Shown here: positions 36,718 through 53,270 of the stretch, piece after piece
Numbering within the stretch: position 1 is the stretch's first letter
Layout: each line of letters opens with the position of its first letter
Source: Chrysemys picta bellii
Lineage: Eukaryota
NCBI RefSeq assembly: GCF_011386835.1
Contig: NC_088813.1
Coordinates: 13,392,001-13,456,000, forward strand
Direction of reading: 5' to 3'
DNA: 64,000 bases
Made by a program: the position numbers and the translations under genes
Notes under the pieces: generated by a model
What the model was told of the DNA's origin: nothing
The model's database searches: none
The model's input: the letters and a program-made list of their open reading frames with translations, nothing else

Positions 36718-38244
36718 GTGAGAGCTAACAATTGCAAATTGGGGCTGTGCTTTTTCCCTCGTCGGGGACCAGATGGGGTAAAGGGGGCAAAAGTGGAGGG
36801 GTCTTCCCTGAGCAGAGCCACTTTCACCCTTCTTGCTGGGATTAACCCAGAAAGTCCAGCAGCTCTGCTCAGAATGTAGGGCAGCAGGGCTCCTGCAGGC
36901 AGCAGCTTCATTCATTTGAAAAGGTTACAAGATCTGCCAGGAGTTTGCCTTAGTCGATTCATGCAGGTCAGACTACCAGCCATTCTAGTCTGTGCTGAAG
37001 AATGTATTGTACTTCAGCACGGGACCATAAGGAAGGGATGTTACGTGCCAGGTAAGAGATTCCTTGTGTGAACTGGAAAAAAAAGTAAGTGTGTGAGAGA
37101 GAGAAGAGGGGTGGCATGGTGAGTGGGTGTGAATCTCTAAACCCAGATCTGGAAGGGTGGGACTGCAGTGTGTGGTCTTAGGCAGTTGATCAGTTTCAGG
37201 ATTAAATCCTGTAACAGCAGGACAGGTGCGGCAGGGGTTATTTCCTGATTTTAGTCCCACACATGCAGATGAGCACCAAGAGGTTCAATTAGCCAAAAAT
37301 TTGATGGTACCAGCTGAAAAGGGGCTCTGCTTTTGTCCTCACCTTTTCATGATCTTTCCCCTTCTCCCTTAGGAAATAAGAGACACTCGCCCTGCTTCTG
37401 AGGCTAGGGATGTGTCATGATTTCAGAAAACTGCCTTATTTGGAAAGAGGGAGCGTATCCGTGAAAATAATCTGTTCTCTCTCATCTTAGAACTGTTTTA
37501 GCGAACAGAGGGGAGCGCTGTTATGGTGCCAGCCTACGCAAATTTATTTCTAGGTGACTAGACGTTAGCTCAGATCCATGCTGGCAGCGAGCATGCTTTC
37601 TTCCTCTCTAACTCTACTACAAATTGGGTGTGGTTGCAGCTTCCCCACTGAACCTATTCTAGGGTGTATTAAAAAAAAAAAGACAATGTAAACGCCTTTT
37701 TGCAATAGATCATTCTCTCCTCAGGACCCCAAAGCACGTGTTTAGACTAGATATGACTGAAGCATTTTGTAACAATAACATGTATTAGGGACTTACATAG
37801 ATTGTAGTGGATGAATGATCACAGCTGCGGAGGCGAGTTAAGAATCCCACCTGGGAAAGCTGAAGCTTCTCCACTCTGTTAAATGTTGTATTCCATCCTC
37901 AGCCATCTTGGAGAGCCTGGATGTACTCGATCAGCACATTCCCTCCCTCGGAGGCTGTGTCAGCATGGCAGAAAACCAGGCAGGTTTTAATGAAAAAAAA
38001 ATCTATAACTTGGCAGTATGAATTGCTGTCTGCCTGACATTTTGTAGACAAGCTCTCGGTGCAACAGCACCTAGTAAAAGCCTTTCATTTGACTTTCTAT
38101 CATTCGGAGTAGTAAATTCTCTCCTAAAAATAAAAGAGATACAGACTTAGCACATATATTCCAGTCACAGCACACGGGAGAGGCAGGAAGACACATCTAT
38201 TATTATTATTTTGTAGTACGGCAGCACCTCAGCGTCCTAACCAA

Positions 38245-38538
38245 GGCTTGTCTACACTTACATTGTACAGCGCGCTAACTTGCTGGCTCGGGGAGGTGAA
38301 AAATCACCCCCCTGAGCGCAGCAAGCTTGAGCGCTTTAAAGCGCTCGTGTGGACAGGCTCCGAGCACTGGGAGCCATGCTCCCAGAGCTCGGAGTTATTC
38401 CCCTCATGGAGGTGGATTGCCAGGAGCGCTGGGAGAGCTCTCGCCCAGTGCTCGCGTGTGACCACGCTCACACTTCAAAGCGCTGCCGTGGGAGCGCTCC
38501 CGCAGCAGCACTTTGAAGTTTCTAGTGTAGACGTAGCC
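38245..38538. mobile_element. PIF/Harbinger-type MITE, CpG-rich and internally palindromic
   Basis: TIRs GGCTTGTCTACACT / AGTGTAGACGTAGCC. Confidence 0.8.
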
Positions 38539-39487
38539 TGACAGAAATACAGTTTGACAAGCAATAATATGAATCTAGGCATGTTTAATGCACCCATCCC
38601 TACAGCATCTAGCTACCAGCTCATGTACCAACTACAGCAGAAAAATAGAGATGTGTTTCCACACCCAACCTCTAGCAGCAAACACCTTCACTCATGCAAA
38701 CAAAAAAGTGTAGCCGAGTGTTGGTCTCGGGGTACATATGCCCACAGACATTCCAGTAGGATCCTCTGTGCTTGTGGCGCAAGACAGTGTGAAGAAACAA
38801 TGAGTAACTAGATCAGGACCATTTGGTCTATTTCCTATGAGGCAACAAGGAGTGATCAGAAACAGTCTTACTACCAGCAGCCAGGAAACAAAAGGATACA
38901 TCTACCCTGGTATTTACAATGCAACAGTCCCCATAGTGTCTATGTGCCAGGGTTTCAGCAGAGTCACTCACTGGTCACATCCTGCCATGGGATAACGGTT
39001 TGCATCATTAGTGAAGTTTTACTACCTGACCAATCATGGTAGTGCAACTTCGCAATGTATTGTCCTGGGCTGTTTATTCTGTAACGCCCTGCAGTTCCAC
39101 TGGATGAAGTGGCTCTACAGTTCTGGGAGGCTGGGTACCACTGGAACTGTAGCTGGTTTTCAAATTACTACTACACATCTCTTCTTCCCCGTCCATCCGA
39201 GCCAATGGCACTTTTTATTTGTTAAACCTCTTCGATTTTTTTAAGGGCAAACTTGGTGTAAGACCATGCACAATGCATCAATTCCAACCAATACTGTAGC
39301 CTTCATGCTTGAAGCGGCTTGTGCGTTTGAGAGCATGGTCTCTTGTAAAGGACAGGAAGGGTGTCTTACGTGTGCAAAGGCAGCTAAGAGCAGCAGAGAT
39401 GGGGCCCTGCAGCAGAAGCAGGTGCTAGCTTGACATACCATTAATGTTCCTGGTTCAGGGGAACCCGCTTGAGGAACCATTCCTTAA

Positions 39488-40552
<1,065 letters not shown>

Positions 40553-42482
40553 TAAAATAGCTTAAACACCATTCTAGTCTAGGCCTAGTCTCTGCTGCTT
40601 CCATGTAGGTGGTCTGGCTCCTGGATTCAGTAACAGCATACTACAGTGATTGGTGCTAGACAAGTACCTTACACACAAGAGTTGGGAATCTTACTCTGAA
40701 ACCTGTGGAAACTAGGCTATAGAAGACACTGCACTCAGAGCCAAGGGAAAAGATGGCAGGGAATAACAGGGGTAATAGGAAGTCAGACATCTTCTACTTG
40801 CTGATACATTTAGTAGCCCAGAAACGACAGATGTCCCTCTCCTTGATGGAGGCAAGGCAAAGCAATGGGAGCTGCTAGGTAGGCAGAAAAGAGAGGTTAG
40901 AAATAAAGAGGACACTAGGCGATATTGCTAGAGATTCACCACCATGGACAGCCAAAGGAAATATTCTTCTAGGTTAACCAGATCGGTTACTGATCTCCTC
41001 TTCAAACGTGAGGCACCTAGATAACCGCTCCAAATAACAAAGCCAGTCCCTACCTCGCACACTGTATGAAACACAGTGGAGCAGCAATAACTTTAGCTTC
41101 GTTACTTTAAAAGCAAATCTTAATTAAGGGCCTAAAGCGCAACAACATGAGCTTATCACATGCATGTTCATTGTCAAGGCGTTAGTTTAAAGCCCGTGAA
41201 GCAGTGTAGTGCCAACATTGTTGATTTTTATACCTGCAGCAGTTGTCTTATGTATTTGCATTTAAATCGGATGTCAAATACAAGTCCTGCTAAAAGGTTT
41301 TTGTTTTTTGAAAAGCCTCTAAGCTTTGACTGACCTATGAGACACAATGAAACAGATCCTCTGTATAATTCAGTGAAACTCCATTGACTTCAATGAAGCG
41401 ACACCAATTAGCACCACCGGAGGATCTGGCCCTCTCTCTATTTAGATTTGTCCCTGGAGAACATGTCTCTGTATACTGGATACACAGGCATAAAGTGGGA
41501 CCAACAGGACTACAACAACACTGCATATCCAATATACAGACACACTAGCTTAACAGGTATGTAATACACACACCTCTGCAGATTTATTTCTGCCTTAGAG
41601 ACATGCATGTTCAAATACCACAGAGATAAGCACCTCATAAACAAAGAGAGAGAGAGAAGGAGAGATGTATCCAAAGAGTCCAACTTGCAGCACATCACAT
41701 TTCTGCTTGGGGCTACCCGAGAAGCACCTAATAGCTTCACTTTGTGCTGAATACAGCAGCTTCTCTTATACCGAGCGAGCTTCTGCGACGACACTAGTGT
41801 TCAGAGTACTGTCTGCTTCTGGGATTAGTTCCAGGTGCTGGTTAGTTTATAAAGTCTTAAATGGTTTATGCCTGTTATTTATCTTGTCACCTTGTTGGCA
41901 GGACACTGGGCTGCTAACTTGGGGAGCTTCAGACTGCTGTGTAAGACACATTGGAATTGTCCTCTCTGGTGCATCATTGGCAAAGCCAGGGAGTGGATGT
42001 CAAATATTATCTTGAAAATTTAAGCCTTTACTAGCAGCTGATTTGAGTAACACAAAGCACCAGTTGTGAAAATGTTTGGCACCATTACAAATGCCTAAAC
42101 CAAATACACTGTTATTACCAAACTACTGATGTTGATGGGAAGAGCTGTAGACCTCCCTCTATTGTTTCAAGTAGGGCTATTTTCCCCCCTAGAAAGAGAA
42201 ATGATTTTTCTACAAATTCCCATACTGCATTAGACCAATGGTCCATCCAATCTGGTATCCTGTGTCCTCCACTGGCTAACATCAGAAGCTTCAAAGAAAG
42301 TTTTAAACCTTCATCATGGCTACTTATGCCATAGCCTGCTCAGAGGATGGAAAGGAGAGGGAATTTCTTTCTAAGCAAGTGCAGCTAGTGGTTGGTTTAT
42401 GCCCTGAAACGTGAAGGTTTAGGCCTCTTATACATTTTTTTATCCCAGTTGGTGTAATGGCAGATATTACTCAGATAAATGA

Positions 42483-42723
42483 CAGGTTTCAGAGTAGCAG
42501 CCGTGTTAGTCTGTATCCGCAAAAAGAAGAACAGGAGTACTTGTGGCACCTTAGAGACTAACAAATTTATTAGAGCATAAGCTTTCGTGGACTACAGCCC
42601 ACTTCTTTGGATGCATATAGAATTCTCTGTATATGTGTATATATATCTCCTCAATATATGTTCCATTCTATATGCATCCGAAGAAGTGGGCTGTAGTCCA
42701 CGAAAGCTTATGCTCTAATAAAT
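42483..42723. mobile_element. Young PLE 3'-end insertion with inverted hammerhead copies (minus 42575-42614, plus 42674-42713)
   Basis: 59-nt arms 42565-42623 and 42665-42723 with one mismatch; TSD CAGATAAATGA at 42472-42482 and 42724-42734. Confidence 0.92.
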
Positions 42724-44225
42724 CAGATAAATGAGTACTCCTTCTCTGAATCTTTGCCACGTTCTCTTTTAGCAGCGAGTTCTACAGTTCAAGGAGTTGT
42801 GTAAGTTTCCTTTTCCATTTTAAAATCTGCTACATTTCCTTTATCTTGTTCTTGTATTATGACAGAGGATAAACAGAAGCCCCCTAGCGGACCCTTTTTC
42901 TATACCTCTATCACATTCACCTCCTCTCTAAAACATAATAGTCCAGCTCTAATCTCTCTTCCTATAGAAATTCTTTCCCTGTCTTTAAACACTTTCCCTA
43001 GTTTTTTCTATTTCTAGAATATGCTTTTTGAGACCAAACCTGAACCCACAGAATTCAAAGGGGAGAATGTACAGTCAAGGCCTATAATGGCAGACTGTTT
43101 TCAGTAATTGTTCTCTCTGCTTTTCTTAACACAGCTATTAATAGAGTCTATGCTATCTAGTAAATGAAGTTGGTGCTCCTTTAAAAGTAAAAGCCTTTCT
43201 GAATGCCCTGGTTCAGCTGTTTCCCTAACATTTTGGGTCCCAGTGAAAGCACTGTCTGGCTGACTTCCTCCTGCATTAATAGTAACAGTCTCTCATACTC
43301 TGCCACAGGGTTGGGCTGCCTCCCTTGCCAGAGGTTATCTATAAAGACAAGAGAAATGTCCAATGTTAAGCATTTCTCCCCCATTTTGTAGTGAAAGGGA
43401 AAGCAATTAAATACCTACAGAGTGCATTTAGGTGAAGATGATCCACCACATTTATCCCCATTTCACTCCACAGCTTTTCAGCTAAGTTAAAGCAAGCCAA
43501 GGCAGTCAGTGGCTTCTAAAACTGGACTTGGATTTCAATCCCTATACCCTTTCTGAACGCTACTGTTGAAAAGCTTTTGGCAAGTTCCCCTGATCATGCA
43601 GGAAGGTAACAGATGCAGCAGGCGCTGTATGAAGAGGTCAAGCCATCTATGTCCAGATCAGCTTATGGTCTTACATCAACTTTTCATTTTAGATTTCTCT
43701 TCCCATTCAGCGCTCTGAATGGACAGGGTTTGCTGAAAATTGATTCAGATCTCCCCCCTATTTCCACAGCACACAAGAACTCAGGGTGTACTTTCCCCAT
43801 TAATTTCCTCTTTACCTCCTGGCAATTTTACATGAAGATAAAAATATAGATTAGATCTCTCTGAAACACAATTTTCCTGTTTGTATTACACTTCAGTTAT
43901 CGCTTCTTGAGGCACTAGGAGCTGAGAAACATCCCATACGTACAGATGAGCCAACCGAGCATGCATTAGCACATTCAGCCAAGAGCAGAACTTCCTCCCT
44001 TGGCAAACTAGGTTCCTTATCTATACCAGGGAATTAATCAATGGGTGGGGCTAGCCACCAGTATAGCTGCAATGGTGCAAACCCATAATGTAAACAGGCA
44101 GATCTGCTATACTGATGGCTGCAAGCAGGGCAAATCGTCTTCCTCCCACTCCTCCCCATGTAGACAACACTAAGAGCTGGTTAACCTTCATCTCCCAGGC
44201 ACTGTTTCAAGAGTTACACATCTGA

Positions 44226-44393
<168 letters not shown>

Positions 44394-45186
44394 TAGTTTT
44401 CAAGGGCAGCCTTAGACGTTGGTTGAGTAGGAGCCTAAGGCTCCTAGTTCCTATACAAGCAGGGGGCCAGAGCAGTACTATTTTGATGGAAAGCACTTAC
44501 CGTGCAAACTAGGCACAATTCCATTAGTGTCAGCCAGAAAAGGGTGGGATTGGCACTCATAAGTATTTACCAGAGAGCAGGATGAGACGGATAGAAATTA
44601 AAATGGATAGACCTTTAGCAACACAAAAGGATTGAAGTGGGGGCACAATTTTCTTGAAGAAGGCCCCAGTTTTGGAAAAGTTTGGGAAATGCACCTGTGG
44701 ATATTCTCCATCACCACAAGCAAAGGGGAAAATTCCCCTTCTAGCCAAGATACCACTACTGCTAATTTTTCCTGGGGACGCCTCATCATGATATGGGAAT
44801 GCTCCACAACGCCAAGAATTTCAAACAAAAATACATTGAGAAGCGAGACCGATGATTGGTCTGATGCAAATCAAAGTTTGCACTTCAGGGCATCTTACCC
44901 CTTCCTTGGGCTGTACAGGTTCTGGAGGTGTTTAGTAATTTTTCTTTTTACTGTAGCATTCATTTCCCCACACTTTTTCCTTTTGTACAGTTTCAGAAAA
45001 TAGTCCCTCACTCCAGAGAGAGATGATATGCTTCCCTCAAAACAATTAGTAGGGAATCGCCCCTTCCTTAAGAGGGAGAAATTCAGTCTCCTAGCCCATT
45101 TCATCTCTAGTCCCTCTCCCAAGACTGCCAAAGAGTTAGTTTTATCCACCCTTCTGAATGGGTATCAGGTAGCAAAGACTTTAGGA

Positions 45187-45414
45187 CAGGGTTTCTCAAA
45201 CTGGGGGTTGGGACCCCTCAGGGGGTCGTGGGGTTATTACATGGGGGGGGGGTCGCAAGCTGTCAGCCTCCACCCCAAACCCTGCTTTGGCTCCAGCATT
45301 TATAATGGTGTTAAATATATAAAAAAGTGTTTTAATGTATAAGGGGGGGGGGGGTCATACTCAGAGGCTTGCTGTGTGAAAGGGGTCACCAGTACAAAAG
45401 TCTGAGAACCCCTG
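45187..45414. mobile_element. hAT (Charlie-like) MITE
   Basis: TIRs CAGGGTTTCTCA / TGAGAACCCCTG; perfect 8-bp TSD CTTTAGGA. Confidence 0.9.
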
Positions 45415-45955
45415 CTTTAGGACACTACAGATGTAGGCCAGATTATTCTAAATCACAGGTTTCAAAGGCCAACATTTTCAAATGTGAATGGTCAGTTTTG
45501 GACTCTAAAATCCGTATTTGCACCTAAATAAAAGTTGCCCAATAGTCAGAATTCCTGGATACTTACACATGCCGCAGGTGTTCACCACTAAAAGTTAGGC
45601 CACTTAATATGGCTTGAGACATCTAAATAAGAAACCTAAAAGTGGGTACCCAAATTTGAAAGTGTGTGTTGTTTACTCCTTTGTCTGTGGCCTGCATGTC
45701 AACACCCTTCCTCTCTCTGCCATAGCAGTAGTTCTTCATTTGTCAAACTCTGTGCTAAGGATAAGTTGATCTGCATTCTAGAGGCAAATCTCACAGTTCT
45801 ACATGCTTAGTCAGCCAACCTGGTTGCTATCCAGTGCTATTCCTGCACATCTTGCAGCACTAGGATGTTCTTCATAAATAAAGTCCGCCTCCCGTAACTC
45901 TCCAGATCATTATTTCATAGAATTGGTGGCCTAAATTTACTTTATTCCCTTGCAG

Positions 45956-46013
45956 GGGCTGCTTAGAAATCTATGGTCATCTTTGCAACTCAGAAAAAGT
46001 CGATCAAGACTGA
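45956..46013 (+). CDS. SYNC: Syncoilin terminal coding exon
   Basis: Acceptor tttattcccttgcag|G; completes K then GCLEIYGHLCNSEKVDQD*; AATAAA at 46042-46047. Confidence 0.82.
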
Positions 46014-46757
46014 CTTATGGACTTTCCTTATTCTGTCAAAAAATAAATGCAGAGGCGCTCAATGTGAAGGACTGAGGTATCCGCAGTGGACACTTACATT
46101 TCCCTCTCCCTGCTCACCCCCTCCTAAATAATGCATAGCAGCTATTTAAAATCAGGACTACTAGACAATCATTTGCTTGTTTATATTTCTTGAGGTGCTG
46201 CTCTGTTGATCTTCTAGCATGGTAGAAAGAATGAAGCTGCTGTCCTCTAGGAGAGCACAGAAGAGTACACTTGCACTAAACAACGAACCTATAAAGAGGA
46301 ACGATAGATGTAGGTTTTGCTGTGTGTTTGGAAAGTATATCTGATCTTGCTTTGCAGGTAGATCGTATAAGCCTGCACAGAAAGGATCATATAGAAAGCC
46401 AATTTTTTGTTTGTTTCAAACAACATACTTCAAAGGACTACTGTTGTTGCACGGTAAACAGGATTGTTTCTTTTGTAACCCAAAAGATGACTGCTGTATT
46501 GTGACATGTTCTAGTAGGGTCCATAAACTGAGTTCCCATATAAGTGGTTTCCACTTTATATAAAAATTTCACCTTGAAAATAAGGATTCAGGTTTTAAAG
46601 GCTGCTTGTATATCCCAAAGCACATTCTGCCTCATGGAAAGTGCAACATGCTCATGTGATCAAATCAAATTTACAGCTGTTTTGTTCACACCTTAATGTT
46701 CATCATAGGTCTACATGCTAACAGCCTATTAACAATCGGTAGGGGGTTTAAGACCCA

Positions 46758-47020
46758 GGCCTGGTCTACACCTAAAATTTAGGCTGACCTATGTTGTGCA
46801 ATGGTGTGAAACATTCACTCCTAAAGGTGGCTCAACTACACCTATAAGCCCCACTGTAGACACAGTTTGGTCAACAGAAGAATTATTCTATCAACCTAGT
46901 TACTGCCTGTTGGAGGGGTGAATTAACTACAGCCATAGAGAACCCCCTTCCATCACTGTAGCAAGTATCTACACCATGGCACTGCAGCAGCACCACAGCA
47001 TCTGTAGTGTAAACACAGCC
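46758..47020. mobile_element. PIF/Harbinger-type MITE between the SYNC and RBBP4 3' ends
   Basis: TIRs GGCCTGGTCTACAC / GTGTAAACACAGCC; 3-bp flanking repeat CCA. Confidence 0.7.
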
Positions 47021-47672
47021 CCACTCAAAGCACCTGGCGAGATTCAGACTCTACAGTAACCCCTTTTCAGAATTACACCTCAGTCTGCTCAACTTCTTGA
47101 AAGCCAAACTTTACCTTATGTTGAATGAATCAGAGCCACAAAGCCTTATATAGAAAGGCAATCCATGCTACGTAACCTTGAATTGTATTTTTTGACCTCA
47201 TGGATATCAAGATTTTGGACTCTCCCCGCCCACCGCTGCCACGCCATTAGAACTTTGTCCTTGAGAGGGTGTGAACAGAAGAACTTTCTAAAGGCTAAAT
47301 TATGGATAGCTCTGTACATATACTCTAGAAGGAATGGGCAAGAGCACCCTTCATTCCTCCCCTATCACCACAGCCACGTTTTGGCTGAAGGGGTCACAGA
47401 AGATGCTATGTGGTACTGCTGCCAATGCTAATAGCCCCAGAGGTTGATGTGGAGGAGAAGCCATGGTCCTGCCTCCTACACACCAGCATTCTCCTGGCAG
47501 CATTTGCACGTCACACCTTTTAAAGCACCTCCTAGAGGGTATACCTCCACATACTACTGCTCAGAAAGCACCTCTATTCTAAGAGGTACAATTTTGCCTT
47601 GAGAATGCACTTTTCCTGAAGATAAGCTTCGCCAAAAAATCAAAGCAGTACACCATTTATGTAGAAAAACAA

Positions 47673-47678
47673 TTTATT
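47673..47678 (-). terminator. Probable RBBP4 polyadenylation signal (AATAAA)
   Basis: tttatt on plus, about 1 kb past the RBBP4 stop. Confidence 0.55.
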
Positions 47679-48661
47679 CCATTTGAAGCACTTACACATA
47701 ATTAGTCATGGAGAGTAACAGCCTACTGGTGGAACAGGTCACCCTAGTGGGAGATGTGCAGAAGTTAGTGGTCAAGGACTAACTCCTAAAAAAAGTAGGT
47801 CATCCACATTTAGTTAATATTTTGTTTTACATATACCAGCTATCAATGGTGTTTTCAGATTACTGGGCATGCCATCTGTGGTACATCAGTCAGGTAAAAA
47901 CATACAACTTTACAACTTGGTGGTCCCAAGTTTTAAAAACCATTTCACAGAAAGGAAAGAAAATATAATATGAAAACACAGCTCAAGAACACACAATAGA
48001 GCAAACTAGATGGGTGGTGAATAGTGATCTGCAGGAATAGCTACTGTATCCAAAATTCTGCGTTGCCCACCAGAAGGGGAGGGATGGGGGAAGAGAAAGT
48101 GAAAACCCAGAATTAAGGAAAGAACTCTAGTTCTGGTTGAAGTCAGAATCTGCACTTGAAAATACTGGCACACAGACTAAAAGGATCCCGATAGTCTGAG
48201 TTTTACCAAACAGAGGACAAGAGATTCCACTCTCCACTTAACTGCTCACAGATTAAAACCCCTTGCAACATCTGAACCGCATCATCTCAGGCACACACTT
48301 AGGTGGCTCCAAACCTTGGTTAAAGTTAGCCAGAAAACCTGCAGCTTTAGCATTTAAGCAGAATGGGGGGGGAAAAAAAGTGAGGTTTTTTCCACTTCAT
48401 GAAGGCATCTTAGGCCCCCTCGATACACACAAAGCCTTTGTAGGAAATTTAAACAAGGAGCTATAGCATAGTACCAGCTCAGTTGGGCCAAGCCCTTAAG
48501 TTAGAGTCCTCACTGTTGGAGTTAAAAGCATTGTTGATGGTATCTACATAAGGAAGGCTGAACACAAAGTCTATGTGTGTCTCAAAACCAGTGTTAAATC
48601 AATATCAGGGCTGGAAGGGAAGAGAGGGAAAGAGGACTAAAAACAGTAAAAGGTCAGTCAT

Positions 48662-48727
48662 CTAGGACCCTTGACCTTCTGGATCCACACTTCCTTCAGG
48701 GTCTTCATCATTATATATGTTCTCAGC
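48662..48727 (-). CDS. RBBP4: Histone-binding WD40 protein RBBP4, coding exon 12 (stop TAG)
   Basis: AENIYNDEDPEGSVDPEGQGS*; the 12 exons sum to 1278 nt = 425 aa in one frame. Confidence 0.97.
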   Translation of the reverse strand, partial: AENIYNDEDPEGSVDPEGQGS

Positions 48728-49527
48728 CTGCAAGACAGATATAGGGGATGGAGAATTGGAGAAACACTTAACAGGACAACATTCATCCAAGTTAAAGGGA
48801 TTCAATCGGAACACTCCCAAGGACTGCAGTTTTAGCAGTTGCTCATCTCCACATACTGAGCTCTCACCCTAGATCCCTCAAGGCCATTTAGCATTTACAG
48901 AAGTGTTACTATAAATACAACTGAACTGTCTCATAATGGTCATGTTTTCCACAGTATTTCCTTAAAGGCTCATTATAAAGACTGTAGTTTGTACATAAGG
49001 AGGCAGGTCCCTAATTGTGTATTAACTGTAAGTGAAGATCATGGAGAATCCCACTGTATTTTAAAGAAAATTAAATATATGGAAAATAATCTTTTTTTTT
49101 TAAAGCACACATACTCTACACTCAGTAAGTGCCTTTCAGAAGATCTCAAAGCACTTCAACACTATCATACCAAAGCCCCTGCAAAGTGGATATTCCACCC
49201 ATTTGTGGGTAGATAAACAGGAGGTAAAAAAAGTAACTGTCAGCGTATAAGTCACTTAAACACCAGTTTCTTTTCCTATGCTTCTAACTGGTGTTATGTA
49301 AAACAATATAAAATTAATTTCCCCAGCCCCATTTATTCTATTTTACCATTTGTAAGCATTTCACTCACTTTGGACAATGACCAGTTTTCAACTTCTCCTT
49401 TGGCTCTCACACACTAATATAATGTGTGGGTTACAAATACTGGAAGGGAATGTTTATTTTTGGAATTGAGAGACATGAAGTAGTTTCTTTAATGTTTGTA
49501 AATCAAACAAAACCTAAACCAACTTCA

Positions 49528-49791
<264 letters not shown>

Positions 49792-49845
49792 CTAGTATTG
49801 GGGGAAAGAAAAAAAAAAAAAAAAAAGAGACAGCATTCAGATCTA

Positions 49846-50198
<353 letters not shown>

Positions 50199-51393
50199 TT
50201 AGTGGAGCGACATCTGCTTTATCTCATGAATGCAGTTTTCCAGCTTCGAGATGTAAATGCATCAATTCAAAATATGAATTTTCCATTGAAATGCTTTTAC
50301 ATGGAAGAGAGGCTCGTGACTGCATGCCTAAAGCATGAATGAGGTGATGTGCTCAGACTCCAAGGAGCTGCAACACCCAATCTTCCTTCTCATGTGGGAT
50401 GCTTACTGAAAAGCACTGCATCCTCCAAGGGTTACACTTACACAATAAACCATGCACTCGTGAAATAGGAGGCAAGATTACATGGAGCACAAAAAAAAAG
50501 CAGAACAGAGGGAAAAGGAATAAATCCCACAATCCGGTTTATACCAGCCCAAATACTAGAGTTACTGCCTCCAACTGGAAAACAAACTATTCCTGGGAAT
50601 ACTACTGAATCCAGCAGCTGGGCCAGAGATCGAGGGAAGAGAGTAGGGTTCTAAGCACATATCTTCCAACACTGCATGTAAAAGCCATCAAGTGTTCTAT
50701 TTAGAAGCAGTTATAGTTCTCAATGATAATCATCTTACCCAACAAACCCCTGCATATTCTTTTCTTTCAAATCAGTCTTCCATTTTGCTGCTCTTGGACA
50801 ATTAGCTTCACCTGCCATCTCTTCTGATGCTGAAGATGTTAGTCTGTCTAAAAAGGGGTCCTGCTTTCCCAATTGCTCCCTGTCTCTAGCTGATCCTGAA
50901 GATCCCCATTATTGGTCACCAGTTTGTACTCTATGAAGGTGCAGCTTTCCTTGAGGGACAAATCCAGATGATGAACATGCTGCAGTCATTTCAGCACACT
51001 GCCTTGTTTCTGTCTACCACCATGAATAATTTAATTTCACTCTTCTAGTGATAATGAGGAATGGCCATTAAAGCTACCTCTCATCTAACCTGTTCCATTC
51101 TCCCAATCATTTTATTAACTCCCTTAAGGGTTTGGTATTCTCCCACATTTAGAGGGCTCACTATTATGGAGCTCCTCACTGCAACTAGTTACTGTGGGGA
51201 GAATCACAAAGATGAGCTAAAAACCACCACGAGTTTTTAATGCAAATATTCTTAGTATGAAAAACAGTGGAAGGAAAGGAATTAAATGGACTAATTTTAA
51301 CATTGTGCAGGGTGTTAGTGTCTCGGAGGCCTCAACTGCAGGAAACAAAAAATCAAAGAAATTCCATAAAAAAAAGATACCATTTTACTGTAC

Positions 51394-51471
51394 CTGAAAT
51401 ATTTCATCTTTATGAGATTCAAAGGAGTGCAGCTTCAGTTTTAGGTTTCTCAGATCCCATAAAGCAACCGT
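51394..51471 (-). CDS. RBBP4: RBBP4 exon 8
   Basis: TVALWDLRNLKLKLHSFESHKDEIFQ; AG/GT ends. Confidence 0.97.
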
Positions 51472-51567
51472 CTATTCAGGAAGATGGAAAAATAAAATTA
51501 AGGCAAGAGTTACTTTTAGCAGAGTTAGCAATATATAGTTGTGTGAACATGAGCTTAAGGGATGTCA

Positions 51568-52060
<493 letters not shown>

Positions 52061-52100
52061 TTAATCAACTAAAGCACAGTTGGCATTTTACATATATTTA

Positions 52101-52262
<162 letters not shown>

Positions 52263-52937
52263 CTAACAACTCCACTAATGCAAGCCCATCATGAAGCACG
52301 ATGACAAGAGTTCTATGGTGCTTTCTCAAGCTTTGCTTTCACATTTTAAACAGGATTCCCACAGGAGAATTACTATTCTGATCATTCTCCTTACTGCATT
52401 AGTAGGGTCTGTTTTCAATTAAGTTCCCAAAACCCACTCATTTTGTAATTAGCAATGATCTTCCTCTGCTTCTCCTAAGAGAGCCCCAAACTAGTTTTTA
52501 AGGCGACTCCTCCCCACTTTGCCTAGGCTGTTTGCTGATAATTTTACATTGCTGTTAGCCAGGACAGCAGCTCAGCCACCTAGCAAACAAAACTGGCCAC
52601 TGAGCATCTTCCATTACCACAACAGGTGAATTCCCAATACTGCCTTATAGTGAGGAACTGCTAGTGGTGCCGCACTCAGCCAATACATAAATATTTAAAA
52701 ATTAGATTCTAAACAAGGCATGACAGAGAATGCAATGAGGCAGCCACTGGTGGCACACATCAACTAGTTCCTTGGAGAAATCTTCTACGCAAGAAACAAA
52801 AGTCGTTTTTAACTTAGTTTTAATTCTAAGATGTATCCCACAAAAACCCTTAAGCTTCTATTGGGCTGTTTCTCCCCCCCGCCCCCAAAAAAAGACTCAT
52901 AAGGCCTATCCACTAGAATTTTGCTCAACTTTGCTCA

Positions 52938-53270
<333 letters not shown>

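Noticed and set aside
44970-45170. Strong plus-strand acceptor at 44990/44996 as a homologue of the mammalian SYNC cassette exon
   Set aside because: In phase 2 both acceptors hit stops quickly (NFRK* or KNSPSLQREMICFPQNN*) and show no similarity to the recalled cassette peptide.
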